A DNA stretch of 64,000 nucleotides from Pseudomonadota bacterium (GTDB taxonomy: Archaea > Thermoplasmatota > SW-10-69-26 > JACQPN01 > JAJPHT01). This document shows positions 47,877 through 60,138 of this stretch, piece after piece (position 1 is the stretch's first letter; every line of letters starts with the position of its first letter). The stretch is from NCBI GenBank assembly GCA_021325135.1, contig JAJPHT010000046.1, forward strand, positions 1 through 64,000, in the 5' to 3' direction. The notes beneath the pieces were generated by a model. That model worked only from the letters and a program-made list of their open reading frames with translations. It did no database searches and was not told where the DNA came from. Position numbers and translations under genes: made by a program.

Positions 47877-51125
<3,249 letters not shown>

Positions 51126-51133
51126 GGGGCTCG

Positions 51134-51178
51134 GACCTTGCGCCCATAGAGGGGGCCCGTATTTAGCCGTATCCCCGC
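51134..51178 (-). promoter_or_regulatory. carB promoter/operator motif shared with carA
   Basis: Sense GCGGGGATACGGCTAAATACGGGCCCCCTCTATGGGCGCAAGGTC; matches 24121-24164. Confidence 0.75.
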
Positions 51179-51325
51179 AGCGGAACCTGCGTTTCTCCTG
51201 GGGAAACGGACGGAAGGACAGACGTGTCCGGAACGGGTCACGGATGTCGTCCGGTGTCGGGAGCGGGACGGCGGGGCGCCCCAACGTTCATGGACCTTAG
51301 CAGGGCTCGCCGGAGCGATCCGCGA

Positions 51326-52858
51326 ATGAAGGCCCCGCTCCTCGCGCTGCTCCTGGCCATCCCCGCGCTGACGGGCTGCATTCAGCCCTCCACGCCGACG
51401 CCCGCGCCCGGCTCGTTCGGCGACTCGGCCGCGAAGCTGGCGTGCATCGATGGCGCGTGCAACTTCCAGGCGACGGCGTCGCCCTCGGGCCGCCAGGGGA
51501 ACGAGGTCTCCGTCGCGGTGAACCCCGCCGACCCCAAGGTCATCATCGCCACCGCCAAGGACTACACGCCCGACGAGGCGGGGGACTGCGTGTGGGCGGG
51601 CCTCTACAGCACGCAGGACGGCGGCAAGACGTGGCTGGACCAGAACGTGCCCGGCTCGCCGTGGAAGCACGAGAGCGATCCCACCACGCCCGTCACGGCG
51701 TTCACGAAGTTCTGGTGCGCCACCGATCCCGTGGTCGCGTGGAGCCCCGACGGCAAGACCGGCTACTGGGCCGTGATGCCCTACCAGTGCGATCCCGTCT
51801 CGGGGAGCAAGACGGGGCGCGGCACGGAGTCCAGGGGCGGGTTCAACGACTGGCTCTACACCTGCAGCAGCATGTTCGTCCTCGTCTCGCACGACGGGGG
51901 GAAGACGTGGCCCGCGGACGAGGCGCAGCAGGTGAGCCTCGGGCCTTTCATCGCCAACGACAAGGAGTGGATCAGCGTCTCGCCCGACGGCAAGAAGGTC
52001 CTCCTCTGCTGGGACTACGCGGGCGACACCGGCGGCGGGCCTGGCCTCCCCGGCGAGATCCCCGGGCTCCCCTTCGGGACGCCCAGCCCCAACGCGGCCG
52101 TCGTGTGCTCCGTCTCCGCGGACCAGGCCAAGACGTGGAGCAAGCCCGCGCCCGCCACCGACGCGGGCGGCTTCCCGTGGCTGGACTTCGACTCCACCGG
52201 CAAGGCGTGGATGGCCGTCGTCAACGACAGCGCGGTGCTGGTGCTCAGCAGCGCGGACGGCGTCTCGTGGAGCAAGCCCGTCGTGGCCGCCAGCTACGGC
52301 ATGCCCAGCGGCACCAACGAGTACGGCTGGCCCGTGCTCAACGGCAGCGCGTTCCGCATCGTGCCCTACGGCGCCCTCGCGGTGGACCGCACCTCGGGCC
52401 CGCACCACGGGCGCCTCTACGTCGCGTACTTCGACTTCGAGAACGGCACGGGCCACGCGATGCTCACGTGGAGCGACGACGGCAAGGCGTGGAGCGCGCC
52501 CGTGGACCTCTCCGACGCGCCGCAGTTCGACCAGTTCCTGCCCGCCGTGAGCGTGGGCCCCGACGGCACCGTGGACGCCTCGTGGCTCGACCGCCGCGAC
52601 GATCCCAGGCACCACCTCTACGACCTCTATTATTCGTACAGCCTGGACGGCGGCCTCTCGTGGGCGAAGAACCTGCGCGTGACCAACGTGAGCAGCGACG
52701 AGCAGTACTCGCACCACCAGAACGGCATGGTCTTCCTGGGCGACTACCGCGACATGCGCAGCGCGCGCGGGCAGGCCACCATGATCTGGGTCGACACGCG
52801 CAACCACAAGGCGGACGCCTTCGTCGCCACCGTGGATCGCCCCTCCGCGTCGTCGTAA
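51326..52858 (+). CDS. BNR/Asp-box (sialidase-like) lipoprotein, paralogue of 17506..19032
   Basis: Lipobox ALTGC; shares KDYTPDEAGDC, WCATDPVV, SDEQYSHHQNG, WVDTRNHKADAFVATV. Confidence 0.8.
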   Translation: MKAPLLALLLAIPALTGCIQPSTPTPAPGSFGDSAAKLACIDGACNFQATASPSGRQGNEVSVAVNPADPKVIIATAKDYTPDEAGDCVWAGLYSTQDGGKTWLDQNVPGSPWKHESDPTTPVTAFTKFWCATDPVVAWSPDGKTGYWAVMPYQCDPVSGSKTGRGTESRGGFNDWLYTCSSMFVLVSHDGGKTWPADEAQQVSLGPFIANDKEWISVSPDGKKVLLCWDYAGDTGGGPGLPGEIPGLPFGTPSPNAAVVCSVSADQAKTWSKPAPATDAGGFPWLDFDSTGKAWMAVVNDSAVLVLSSADGVSWSKPVVAASYGMPSGTNEYGWPVLNGSAFRIVPYGALAVDRTSGPHHGRLYVAYFDFENGTGHAMLTWSDDGKAWSAPVDLSDAPQFDQFLPAVSVGPDGTVDASWLDRRDDPRHHLYDLYYSYSLDGGLSWAKNLRVTNVSSDEQYSHHQNGMVFLGDYRDMRSARGQATMIWVDTRNHKADAFVATVDRPSASS

Positions 52859-52867
52859 GGGGGCGCC

Positions 52868-53713
52868 ATGGGCCAGCTTGCCGACCGGTTCGCGGAGCTT
52901 TGCCGCGAGTACGGCAGCGACCCTTCGGCGCGCGCCTCGGACGTGCATGCGCTCGCCGCCCTGGAGGAGCGCGATCCCAAGGAGGCGCACGAGCGCTTCG
53001 TCGCGCTGCGCAAGGAGTTGGCCGTCACGCGGCGCGCCGAGCTTCTCCACGCGCTGAAGGGCTTCGCGTTCGTGCGCGACGTGCCCCCGCCCGACGTGCG
53101 CGGCATGGGACAGAAGGAGATCGACCGCGAGATCCGCTGGGCCGCCGCGTCGCTGCGCCGCGCGCGGGCCATCGTGGAGGCGTTGGCCGAGGAGGCCGCG
53201 CACCGCGCCGCGCTGGGGCTTCCCCAGGGGCCGCCCCTGGCGCCCGCGCCGTGGGACGACCTCGCGGCGCCGGAGGCCGAGGCGGAGGCGCGCCGAAGGA
53301 CCGCGGCGCGGGACGCGCGCCTCGCGCAGCGCGCCGCCGACGTGCGCCGCCGCGGCGCGAGGCACGGCCTCGACGTGCCTGCGGGCGCGGACCACGACGC
53401 GCTGGACGCCTTGGAGGCGCGCCTTGCCGAGGCGGAGGCGCTCTCGGAGGCGTTCGACGCCGTGTCGCGCGCCCTGCGCTCCCCCGACGTGGGCGAGTGG
53501 CGCCGCGAGTCGCGCCGCGCGCTGGAGCGCGAGGCCGACGCCCTGCGCGCCGCGGGCGACGCGGCGGGCCTGCGCGCGCTGGCGCCGCGGGCCGAGGCGC
53601 TGCGCGCAGAAGCGGCGCGCCTGGCCTCCGAGGCCGCGCGGGCCCGCCGCAGCGGCCGCGCCGCGCCCGCCCGCGAACGCCGCGCCGGCGACCCCCTCGA
53701 CCCCTACGGGTGA
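52868..53713 (+). CDS. hypothetical helical/coiled-coil protein
   Basis: Ala/Arg/Glu-rich 281-aa ORF, 9 nt after the lipoprotein gene. Confidence 0.6.
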   Translation: MGQLADRFAELCREYGSDPSARASDVHALAALEERDPKEAHERFVALRKELAVTRRAELLHALKGFAFVRDVPPPDVRGMGQKEIDREIRWAAASLRRARAIVEALAEEAAHRAALGLPQGPPLAPAPWDDLAAPEAEAEARRRTAARDARLAQRAADVRRRGARHGLDVPAGADHDALDALEARLAEAEALSEAFDAVSRALRSPDVGEWRRESRRALEREADALRAAGDAAGLRALAPRAEALRAEAARLASEAARARRSGRAAPARERRAGDPLDPYG

Positions 53714-53959
53714 GCGGCGCGCGCCGCCGGCCTGCGCGGGCAGTCAGCCGGACGGCGGCGACGCCTTGTAACTTCCAGCAGCATTCCCATTCACACAATC
53801 CGTTGGTCCGTACTTTGATCCGATGAGGATCGGCTTGGATTTTCCCATGCTAGAATTGTGAATCACCTTGCAGCTTCGTGCAGGACGTCCCCAAGCTTGT
53901 TATCAATCGACAACACGATTATGCATCATGGAGGCTGTTAGCGGCATGGTGGAAACACC

Positions 53960-54280
53960 ATGAAGACACTCGGAATCGTCATCAGCGCAACCCTCGTCGC
54001 CATGCTCGCCGTCGGCTTCACGCCCGCCGCCAGCGCCGCCTCCTCCTGCACCGTCTTCGGCACCGGCACGTGCACGTTCACCTGCAGCCCCGGCGAGCAG
54101 GTGTTCGTCGGCGCCGCGGGCCCCGAGGCCGTCGTCGGCTCCTGCGGCGAGGGCACCACCGCCTGCGTCGCGCCCACCGGCTCCAGCCTCTGCCAGGGCA
54201 CCACGCTCCCCCTCCTCACGGGCGGCACGGGCACCTGCGTCGCCGTCGGCACCAACGTCGCGACCTGCGAAGCGCACTAA
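53960..54280 (+). CDS. small secreted Cys-rich protein (8 Cys)
   Basis: Signal peptide ending ASA; mature part of about 79 aa is G/T/C-rich. Confidence 0.75.
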   Translation: MKTLGIVISATLVAMLAVGFTPAASAASSCTVFGTGTCTFTCSPGEQVFVGAAGPEAVVGSCGEGTTACVAPTGSSLCQGTTLPLLTGGTGTCVAVGTNVATCEAH

Positions 54281-54304
54281 GACGCGGGTTCACCCACGAC
54301 GCAA

Positions 54305-54493
54305 GTCGTCCGGCCGCGCCGCAGCGCGGCTACCCGAGGGGGTTCGGGGGGCGAAGTCCCCTGACGTTTGGATCGTCTGCTGGAACGGGACTTCACGTCA
54401 GGGGGCTTCGCCCCCTGAAACCCCCTCGGGTCGCCGCGCTGCGGCGCGGCCGGACGACGATTGCTCCGGGGGGCTGCGCCCCCCGAACCCCCC
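54305..54493. repeat. palindromic REP/MITE-like element, family 2, copy B, plus an extra family-1-type hairpin
   Basis: About 63-nt arms 54305-54367 and 54395-54458, matching copy A; followed by GGGGGGCTGCGCCCCCCGAACCCC. Confidence 0.9.
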
Positions 54494-54536
54494 TTTTGGC
54501 GCAAGCCTGAACCGGGGCGAGCCTCCTCGCCGCCGC

Positions 54537-55337
54537 GTGACCCGCGGCGCGTGGCTCGCCCTCCCTCTCCTTCTCCTCGCCGTCCTCCCGCAGCCGGCGC
54601 GCGCCGCGGACGCGATCCGCGTGGACCTCGTCGCCACGGAGGTCGATGGCGTGCCCACGTTCACCGACGCCTCGGGCGTGGCGAACCCCACGCTGCACGC
54701 GACGCCCGGCGCGCATCTCACGATCCATCTTGTGAATCGCGGCGCGCTGCGGCACAACCTCGTCCTTGACGCGCCGGTGCGCGCTGCCACCGCGTGCTGC
54801 CTTGCGCCGGGCCAGGAGGCGAACCTCACCGTGGACCTCCCCGCGGGCTTCACGGGGCAGATCGTCTACGAGTGCGCGATCCACGGCGGGGGCGGCATGC
54901 GCGGCGCGCTCCTGGTGGGCGCGCCGCCGCCCAGCGTGCGCCTCGTCTCGCCCGTCAACGGCACCACCCTCCACGGGCCCCCCGTTGCGCAGGTGGAGGT
55001 GGGCAACGCCACCCTGGGCCAGGGCTACGCGCTGCGCTACGTCGTGGACGGCGCGCTCCTCCCCAACGCGACGGGCGCGACCCAGCCCCTGGGCGACCTC
55101 CCGCGGGGGAGCCACATCGTGCAGGTCGAGCTGGTGAACGCCACCGGCGAGAGCCTCACGCCCCCCGTGAAGACGGAGGCCATCTTCTTCGAGGAGCCGA
55201 CACCCATCCCCACGCCGACGCCCGAGCCCACGACGGCGACGCCACCAGCCTCGTCGACGCCCGCGAAGACGCCGCTCCCGGCAGGGCTGGTCTTCGCCGC
55301 GGTCGCGATCGCGCTTCTCGTCAGGCGGTCGCGCTAG
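54537..55337 (+). CDS. cupredoxin (type 1 copper) surface protein with C-terminal anchor
   Basis: RHN and YECAIHGGGGM (C-x2-H-x4-M) ligands; Pro/Thr linker; KTP-hydrophobic-RRSR tail. Confidence 0.75.
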   Translation: MTRGAWLALPLLLLAVLPQPARAADAIRVDLVATEVDGVPTFTDASGVANPTLHATPGAHLTIHLVNRGALRHNLVLDAPVRAATACCLAPGQEANLTVDLPAGFTGQIVYECAIHGGGGMRGALLVGAPPPSVRLVSPVNGTTLHGPPVAQVEVGNATLGQGYALRYVVDGALLPNATGATQPLGDLPRGSHIVQVELVNATGESLTPPVKTEAIFFEEPTPIPTPTPEPTTATPPASSTPAKTPLPAGLVFAAVAIALLVRRSR

Positions 55338-55941
55338 CCGGGCCGCGCTGGAGGCACGCGGGGCAGACGCCGCAGGGGCCCTCGCCGTCCTCGTAGCAGC
55401 TCCACGTCGCGTCGATGGGCGCCTTCAGCTCCGCGCCCAGGGCGAGGACGCCCGCGCGGTCGAGGCCGAGGAGCGGCATCTCCAGGCGCGGCGCGGGGAC
55501 GCCGGGCGCGGTCCAGAGGCCGCGGTGCAGGAGCGACTCCAGGTCCGCGAAGAAGCGCCGGCTCGCGTCGGGGAAGCGCGCCGCGTCCTCCGCGTTGTGG
55601 CCGCCCACGACGGCCTCGCACCCCAGGACGTTGGCGTGATAGCACGCCGCCGCGTAGAAGAGGGCGTTGCGCGCGGGGATGTAGCCGGGCGGCGCGCCGC
55701 GGAAGCGCGACTGCCTGCGCGCCGCGTCGGCGTCGGACGCCTCGTGGAGGAAGGGCAGCTCCGCCTCGATGGCCTCCAGGCCCGCCAGCGCGACGATCTC
55801 CCGCGTCGCGCGCTTCTCCCCGCGGGGCCGGCCGGGGTAGTGGAAGGTCAGGGGCGCGACGTCGTACCCCTCCCGGCGCGCCCACCAGAGGGCCACCGTA
55901 GAGTCGAGGCCGCCCGAGGTGAGGACCAAGGCCCGCCGCAT
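55321..55941 (-). CDS. queC: 7-cyano-7-deazaguanine synthase
   Basis: SGGLDS PP-loop, YIPARN, TWSCY..CGVCPAC. Confidence 0.88.
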   Translation of the reverse strand: MRRALVLTSGGLDSTVALWWARREGYDVAPLTFHYPGRPRGEKRATREIVALAGLEAIEAELPFLHEASDADAARRQSRFRGAPPGYIPARNALFYAAACYHANVLGCEAVVGGHNAEDAARFPDASRRFFADLESLLHRGLWTAPGVPAPRLEMPLLGLDRAGVLALGAELKAPIDATWSCYEDGEGPCGVCPACLQRGPASATA

Positions 55942-56051
55942 CAGAAGCGGACCTGCCGGGGGGTGGTATGAGTTTGCCGGCACCCGCAGGTGAGCGGATC
56001 ACCCGCGGCGGGGCAACTACATGAGACGGCCGCGCGGTGGCGCGGCTGCCC

Positions 56052-56507
56052 ATGGGCGAGATCCGGTGCGGGACCGCGCGCGTCGACGAGGCCCTTGCCC
56101 GCCGGCTCGCCGCGCTGGACCGCGAGGCCTTCCCCGCGCGCCTGGGCTACGACGCCGAGGAATACCTCCGGCGCGGACGCGCGGAAGGCGCGTGGCTTGC
56201 GCTTGCCGAGGACGAAGGCCGGCTCGTCGGCCTCTGCCTCGCGGCGCGGGACCTGGAGGAGCCGCGCGCGCTGTTCCTCGACGTGCTCGCGACCCTTCCC
56301 GGGTGGCGCCGTCGCGGCGTCGCGGCGCGGCTCGTGGAGATGTGCGTCGCCCACGCGCGACGCGAAGGGCATCGCATGGTGAGGCTCACCTGCGAGCCGC
56401 GCACCGAGGAGGGCGTCGACCTCGTGGAGGTCTACCGGCGCCTGGGCTTCCGCGTCGCGGCCGTGGAGCCCGACCACGTGGTCATGGCCCTCGACCTCAC
56501 GCCTTGA
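56052..56507 (+). CDS. GNAT N-acetyltransferase
   Basis: WRRRGVA motif, YRRLGF. Confidence 0.75.
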   Translation: MGEIRCGTARVDEALARRLAALDREAFPARLGYDAEEYLRRGRAEGAWLALAEDEGRLVGLCLAARDLEEPRALFLDVLATLPGWRRRGVAARLVEMCVAHARREGHRMVRLTCEPRTEEGVDLVEVYRRLGFRVAAVEPDHVVMALDLTP

Positions 56508-57489
56508 GGCGCGAGATGGCGCTGGCCAGGATGGCGTCGATCACGTCCTGGAAGGTGCCGCCCCGCGCCTCGGCCAGGAGGCTGAACTCGCCGCGGATGC
56601 GCTGGAGCTGCGGGATCGGGTTCGCCTCCAGGAGGTAGGGCGTGCCGGCGCGGTCGATGCGGAAGTCGCAGCGGCAGAAGTCGCGCGCGCCCAGCGCCCG
56701 GCTGACGCGCTCGGCCGCGGCGCGCATCGTGGCCTCCACCTCCGCGGGAAGCCCCGAGGGGACGAGGCCGCGCGTGCGCTCGACGTGCCCCTTGAGCGCG
56801 CCCGTGAGGAAGCGCTCGCCAAGCTCCGCGTGCCCGTCGATGCCGACGCCCACGACGCCGAACGCGCGCAGCGGGTCCCCCAGGAGGCACACCGTGGCCT
56901 CGGAGCCCGCGATGAAACGCTCCACGAGAACGGGCTGCCGGTAGACCGACAGCACCTCGCGCACGCGCTCCGCGAGGGCGTCGCGGCTGCGCACGACGGA
57001 GCGCTCCGTGAGGCCGATGCTGCTCCCCTCGAAGTTGGGCTTCACGATGCAGGGGAAGGGCGGGAACGGGAGCGCGTCGAGGTCCGCCTCGTCCAGGACG
57101 AGCGCGGACTCCGCGGTGGAGACGCCCAGCCTCGCGGCCAGCGCCTTGGTCGCGTGCTTGTCGCTGGCCACGCCCAGGCAGAGGGCGTCGCCGCCCACGT
57201 AGGGCACGCCCGCCACGTCGAGGATCGCGGGGATCCACGTCTCTCGCGCGCGGCCGCCGTAGCCCACGCTGTAGTTGAAGACGAGGTCCACCTCCTTGCG
57301 CAGCGAGGCGCCCAGGGAGAGAAGCCGCGGCGCGGAGCCCAGCATGACGACCTCGTGGCCCGCGTTCCGGATGGCCTCCGCAAGCTCGTCGATGGTGTAG
57401 TCGGCCTCCATCTCGGCGTGCGCGTCGGGCGGCGCGCCGGGGGGCGGCGTGAAGTCGGACTTGCGCTCGAAGGTGAGGCCGATCCTCAA
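56497..57489 (-). CDS. D-alanine--D-alanine ligase-like ATP-grasp protein
   Basis: VFNYS, VPYVG, DKHATK, VKPNFEGSSIG, VERFIAG, RCDFR, LEANPIP; TTG start overlapping the upstream stop. Confidence 0.8.
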   Translation of the reverse strand: MRIGLTFERKSDFTPPPGAPPDAHAEMEADYTIDELAEAIRNAGHEVVMLGSAPRLLSLGASLRKEVDLVFNYSVGYGGRARETWIPAILDVAGVPYVGGDALCLGVASDKHATKALAARLGVSTAESALVLDEADLDALPFPPFPCIVKPNFEGSSIGLTERSVVRSRDALAERVREVLSVYRQPVLVERFIAGSEATVCLLGDPLRAFGVVGVGIDGHAELGERFLTGALKGHVERTRGLVPSGLPAEVEATMRAAAERVSRALGARDFCRCDFRIDRAGTPYLLEANPIPQLQRIRGEFSLLAEARGGTFQDVIDAILASAISRLKA

Positions 57490-59024
57490 GGCGACCGCTC
57501 CGCGGGCTGGAACTCCGCCGTCTCCCCCGCGCGCAGGCTCGCCTCGCGCAGGGCGTCGTGATAGCTTCCCGGCTCGCCGCGCAGAAGCCCCTCCACGGCG
57601 GGGGCGACGCTGGCGGCGACGTCGCGCTCGGTCTGGCTGAAGCGCCACTCGTGCCCCTTGAGGCCGCCCAGCGCCTGGAGGAAGGCGAGGCAGACGCCCT
57701 TCTGGCGGCCGGCGGAGGCGCGCTCCAGGGCGGCGCGCACGGCGGCCTCGTGCCCCTCCGCGCGGAAGGCGCGGGCCAGGGCGTCGGCGGCCGCGGCGGC
57801 GGGCGGCAGGTTTTGATAGCTCGGCAGGCTGGCGAGGCCCGCGCGGGAGGCGCCTTCGCGGCCGGCGCGGCGGACCAGCTCGGCGGCCTCGTCGGGGCCC
57901 GCGTTGGCCTTGTGCAGGTCGCGGGCGACCTCGGCGCTCTGCGCGGCGGCCTCCAGCATGGCGAGCCCGTGCTGGGGCCAAAGCTCCGCCAGGGCGCGCG
58001 CCACGGTGGGCTTGTCCAGCACGACGGGGCCCTCGTGCGCGGCCAGCGCGGCGCGCAGCGCGCGGGCCTCAGCGGGCGTGGGCGAGAGCGCCGCGAGGAG
58101 CGCGTCGGCGTCCTCGCCGAAGCTGCGCGGGCCCGCGACGTAGAGGCGGCGCGGGAGCGCCTTGAGCGCCGCGACTCGGGCGGCGCGCGCGGCCTCCAGC
58201 AGGGCGGCGTCGTGCATGGCGCCGGTGAGGTACGCCTTGCTGGACTCCTCGGGGACGTCCGCCGCGGCCTCCACCGGCGCGCCCTCCAGGGGCCTCAGGC
58301 GCGCGGAGACCTCGAAGCCCGCGAGGAGCTTCGGCCCCGCCATGTGGCGCAGCAGGCGCTCCAGCGTGGACTCGTCGCCCGCGCACGCCTCGCAGCGCGC
58401 GGCCTCGACGCCCGCGTCGCGCCAGCGCAGCACCAGCGCGTCCGCCTCGTCGTGGCCGCACGACCAGGCGCCCTGGCCGCGCTCCGCGAGGCCCAGCTCG
58501 TCCATCTCCTCCTCGACGAAGTCCTGGGGCGGCGCGGCGCGGCGGCCCGTGCAGACGAGGCCGCGGTCCGCGCTGAAGACGTGCAGGCCGCGCTTCTTCA
58601 CCCACGGCATGAGGGCCAGGAGGCGGAGCGCGCGGTCGTGATGGTTCTGGAGCCCCGCGAGGAAGAACGGCTTCGCCTTGCCCCGCACGACGTAGGGCGC
58701 GCTGCCGGTGGGCACGCGAAGCTCCGCGACGTAGGGGATCTTCTCCCCCTTGGCGACGAGGAGCGTGGCGGCGTAGGCGCGGGCCAGGTCGTTGCCGCGC
58801 TTCGCGAAGGCAAGGAGCTTGGCCTCGTCGTCGCGCGCCGCGTGGATGCGCGGGATCGCGCGCTGCGCGGCCTTGACGGGAGAGAAGAGGACGCAGGGCC
58901 CCTCGCAGATGGGGGTGGCCAGCGACGGGTCCTCGGCGAGGGCTCGTGCCCTCTCCAGGAGGTCCCCCTCGCGCACCTTGCCGGCGCTGCGCAGCGCCGC
59001 CTTCCGCCGGGCCTTGCGGGCCAT
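57486..59024 (-). CDS. hypothetical protein downstream of rpl37e
   Basis: 512-aa ORF with host codon usage and several Cys/His clusters; 6 nt after rpl37e. Confidence 0.75.
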   Translation of the reverse strand: MARKARRKAALRSAGKVREGDLLERARALAEDPSLATPICEGPCVLFSPVKAAQRAIPRIHAARDDEAKLLAFAKRGNDLARAYAATLLVAKGEKIPYVAELRVPTGSAPYVVRGKAKPFFLAGLQNHHDRALRLLALMPWVKKRGLHVFSADRGLVCTGRRAAPPQDFVEEEMDELGLAERGQGAWSCGHDEADALVLRWRDAGVEAARCEACAGDESTLERLLRHMAGPKLLAGFEVSARLRPLEGAPVEAAADVPEESSKAYLTGAMHDAALLEAARAARVAALKALPRRLYVAGPRSFGEDADALLAALSPTPAEARALRAALAAHEGPVVLDKPTVARALAELWPQHGLAMLEAAAQSAEVARDLHKANAGPDEAAELVRRAGREGASRAGLASLPSYQNLPPAAAAADALARAFRAEGHEAAVRAALERASAGRQKGVCLAFLQALGGLKGHEWRFSQTERDVAASVAPAVEGLLRGEPGSYHDALREASLRAGETAEFQPAERSP

Positions 59025-59030
59025 GGGGCC

Positions 59031-59198
59031 CTACTTCTTGAGCTTCGCCCAGGAGTACGAGCGCAGCTTGGCGGTGGCGCCGAAGCCGCACGAGGCGCAG
59101 CGGTGCTTCTGGACGTGGTAGGCGTGGCGGCCGCAGCGGCGGCAGCGCACGTGGTTCGGCGTGTGGAACTTACCCTTCGAGGAGGTTCCCTTGGACAT
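59031..59198 (-). CDS. rpl37e: 50S ribosomal protein L37e (not in the ORF track)
   Basis: MSKGTSSKGKFHTPNHVRCRRCGRHAYHVQKHRCASCGFGATAKLRSYSWAKLKK; zinc finger; upstream GGTGA and TTAAATA. Confidence 0.95.
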   Translation of the reverse strand: MSKGTSSKGKFHTPNHVRCRRCGRHAYHVQKHRCASCGFGATAKLRSYSWAKLKK

Positions 59199-59270
59199 GG
59201 AATTCACCCGGGCGGATGGCGCGGCGAAGGGGAGCCTCCTATTTAACCATTGGGTGGGGCGGAGCCGACA

Positions 59271-59786
59271 TCAGAAGTCGAACACGGACCAGCAGAGCTC
59301 GTTGCGGACCCGCTGGTCGTCGAGCACGAGCGCCCGGATCTCCGGCGGGAGGCGCGCCCGCTGCCATCGGCACTCCTGCCAGCCGGCCTCGTCGGCCTCG
59401 CGGTCCGGGGCCGCCGCGCGGACAGCCTTGATGGCGTAGGCCGCCGCGCCGAGGTAGTGCGCCGCGACGTGGGGGACGGCCGCGGCCTGCCCCGCGGAGT
59501 GCGCGGCATGCCGCGGGGCGCCGGAAAGCTCCCTCGCGGCGTCGTTCGCCTCCCCCGCGGCCTCCCGCGCCTGGGTCATCTTGACCTCGCCGCGGGTCCA
59601 GGCGCGCGCGAGCGCGATCGCCCGGCGCGGCCGGGGGTCGTCAGGGCGAGCCTGCTCGAACAGGGGAAGGACGTGCTCCGTGCACTCGGCGGCCCAGAGC
59701 GCCAGCAGGCGATGATGCTCGTCGCTCAACGTCCCGCCTCGGCGCACCGTGGTGAGCCGGGGGTCGCGTTCGTAGGGGAGGATCAT
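59271..59786 (-). CDS. putative immunity protein (Imm5-like)
   Basis: RLLALWAAECTEHVLPLFE...DPRPRRAI...AGQA..HVAAH..AA.YA pattern. Confidence 0.65.
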   Translation of the reverse strand: MILPYERDPRLTTVRRGGTLSDEHHRLLALWAAECTEHVLPLFEQARPDDPRPRRAIALARAWTRGEVKMTQAREAAGEANDAARELSGAPRHAAHSAGQAAAVPHVAAHYLGAAAYAIKAVRAAAPDREADEAGWQECRWQRARLPPEIRALVLDDQRVRNELCWSVFDF

Positions 59787-60138
59787 GCGGCGGCCCATGG
59801 GATGCTCGGCCTGCTCGTCGTCCCGCGGGGACTCCCCGCGCCTTCGATAAGCGTTTTTCACGGGCCCGCTGAGGTCTGGATGAGGGAGCCCGCCTCCAGG
59901 TCCAGCGGGGAGCCGCGCTCCTGGAGGCGGGCCTTCACGCTCGTGCGGTGGGCGACCGAGCGGTTCCCTCCGAACTTGGCCTTCGCGCGGACGCGCTTGA
60001 CGCGCTCCCAGGGCGGTCGTCCTGGGTGAGGTGCGCGAGGATCCAGTCCTTCCCAGAGAGGACGAAGTGGCTCGGCACGATGGGCGGCATCGCGGCTCCG
60101 TCGCCCGGCACGCCCCTCTTTCCTGCAATCCCCTGGCG

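Noticed and set aside
55321-55941. queC as part of a Dpd or QatC-type defence system
   Set aside because: Short canonical QueC with no dpdA, TatD or ATPase neighbours; archaeosine precursor synthesis is the simpler explanation
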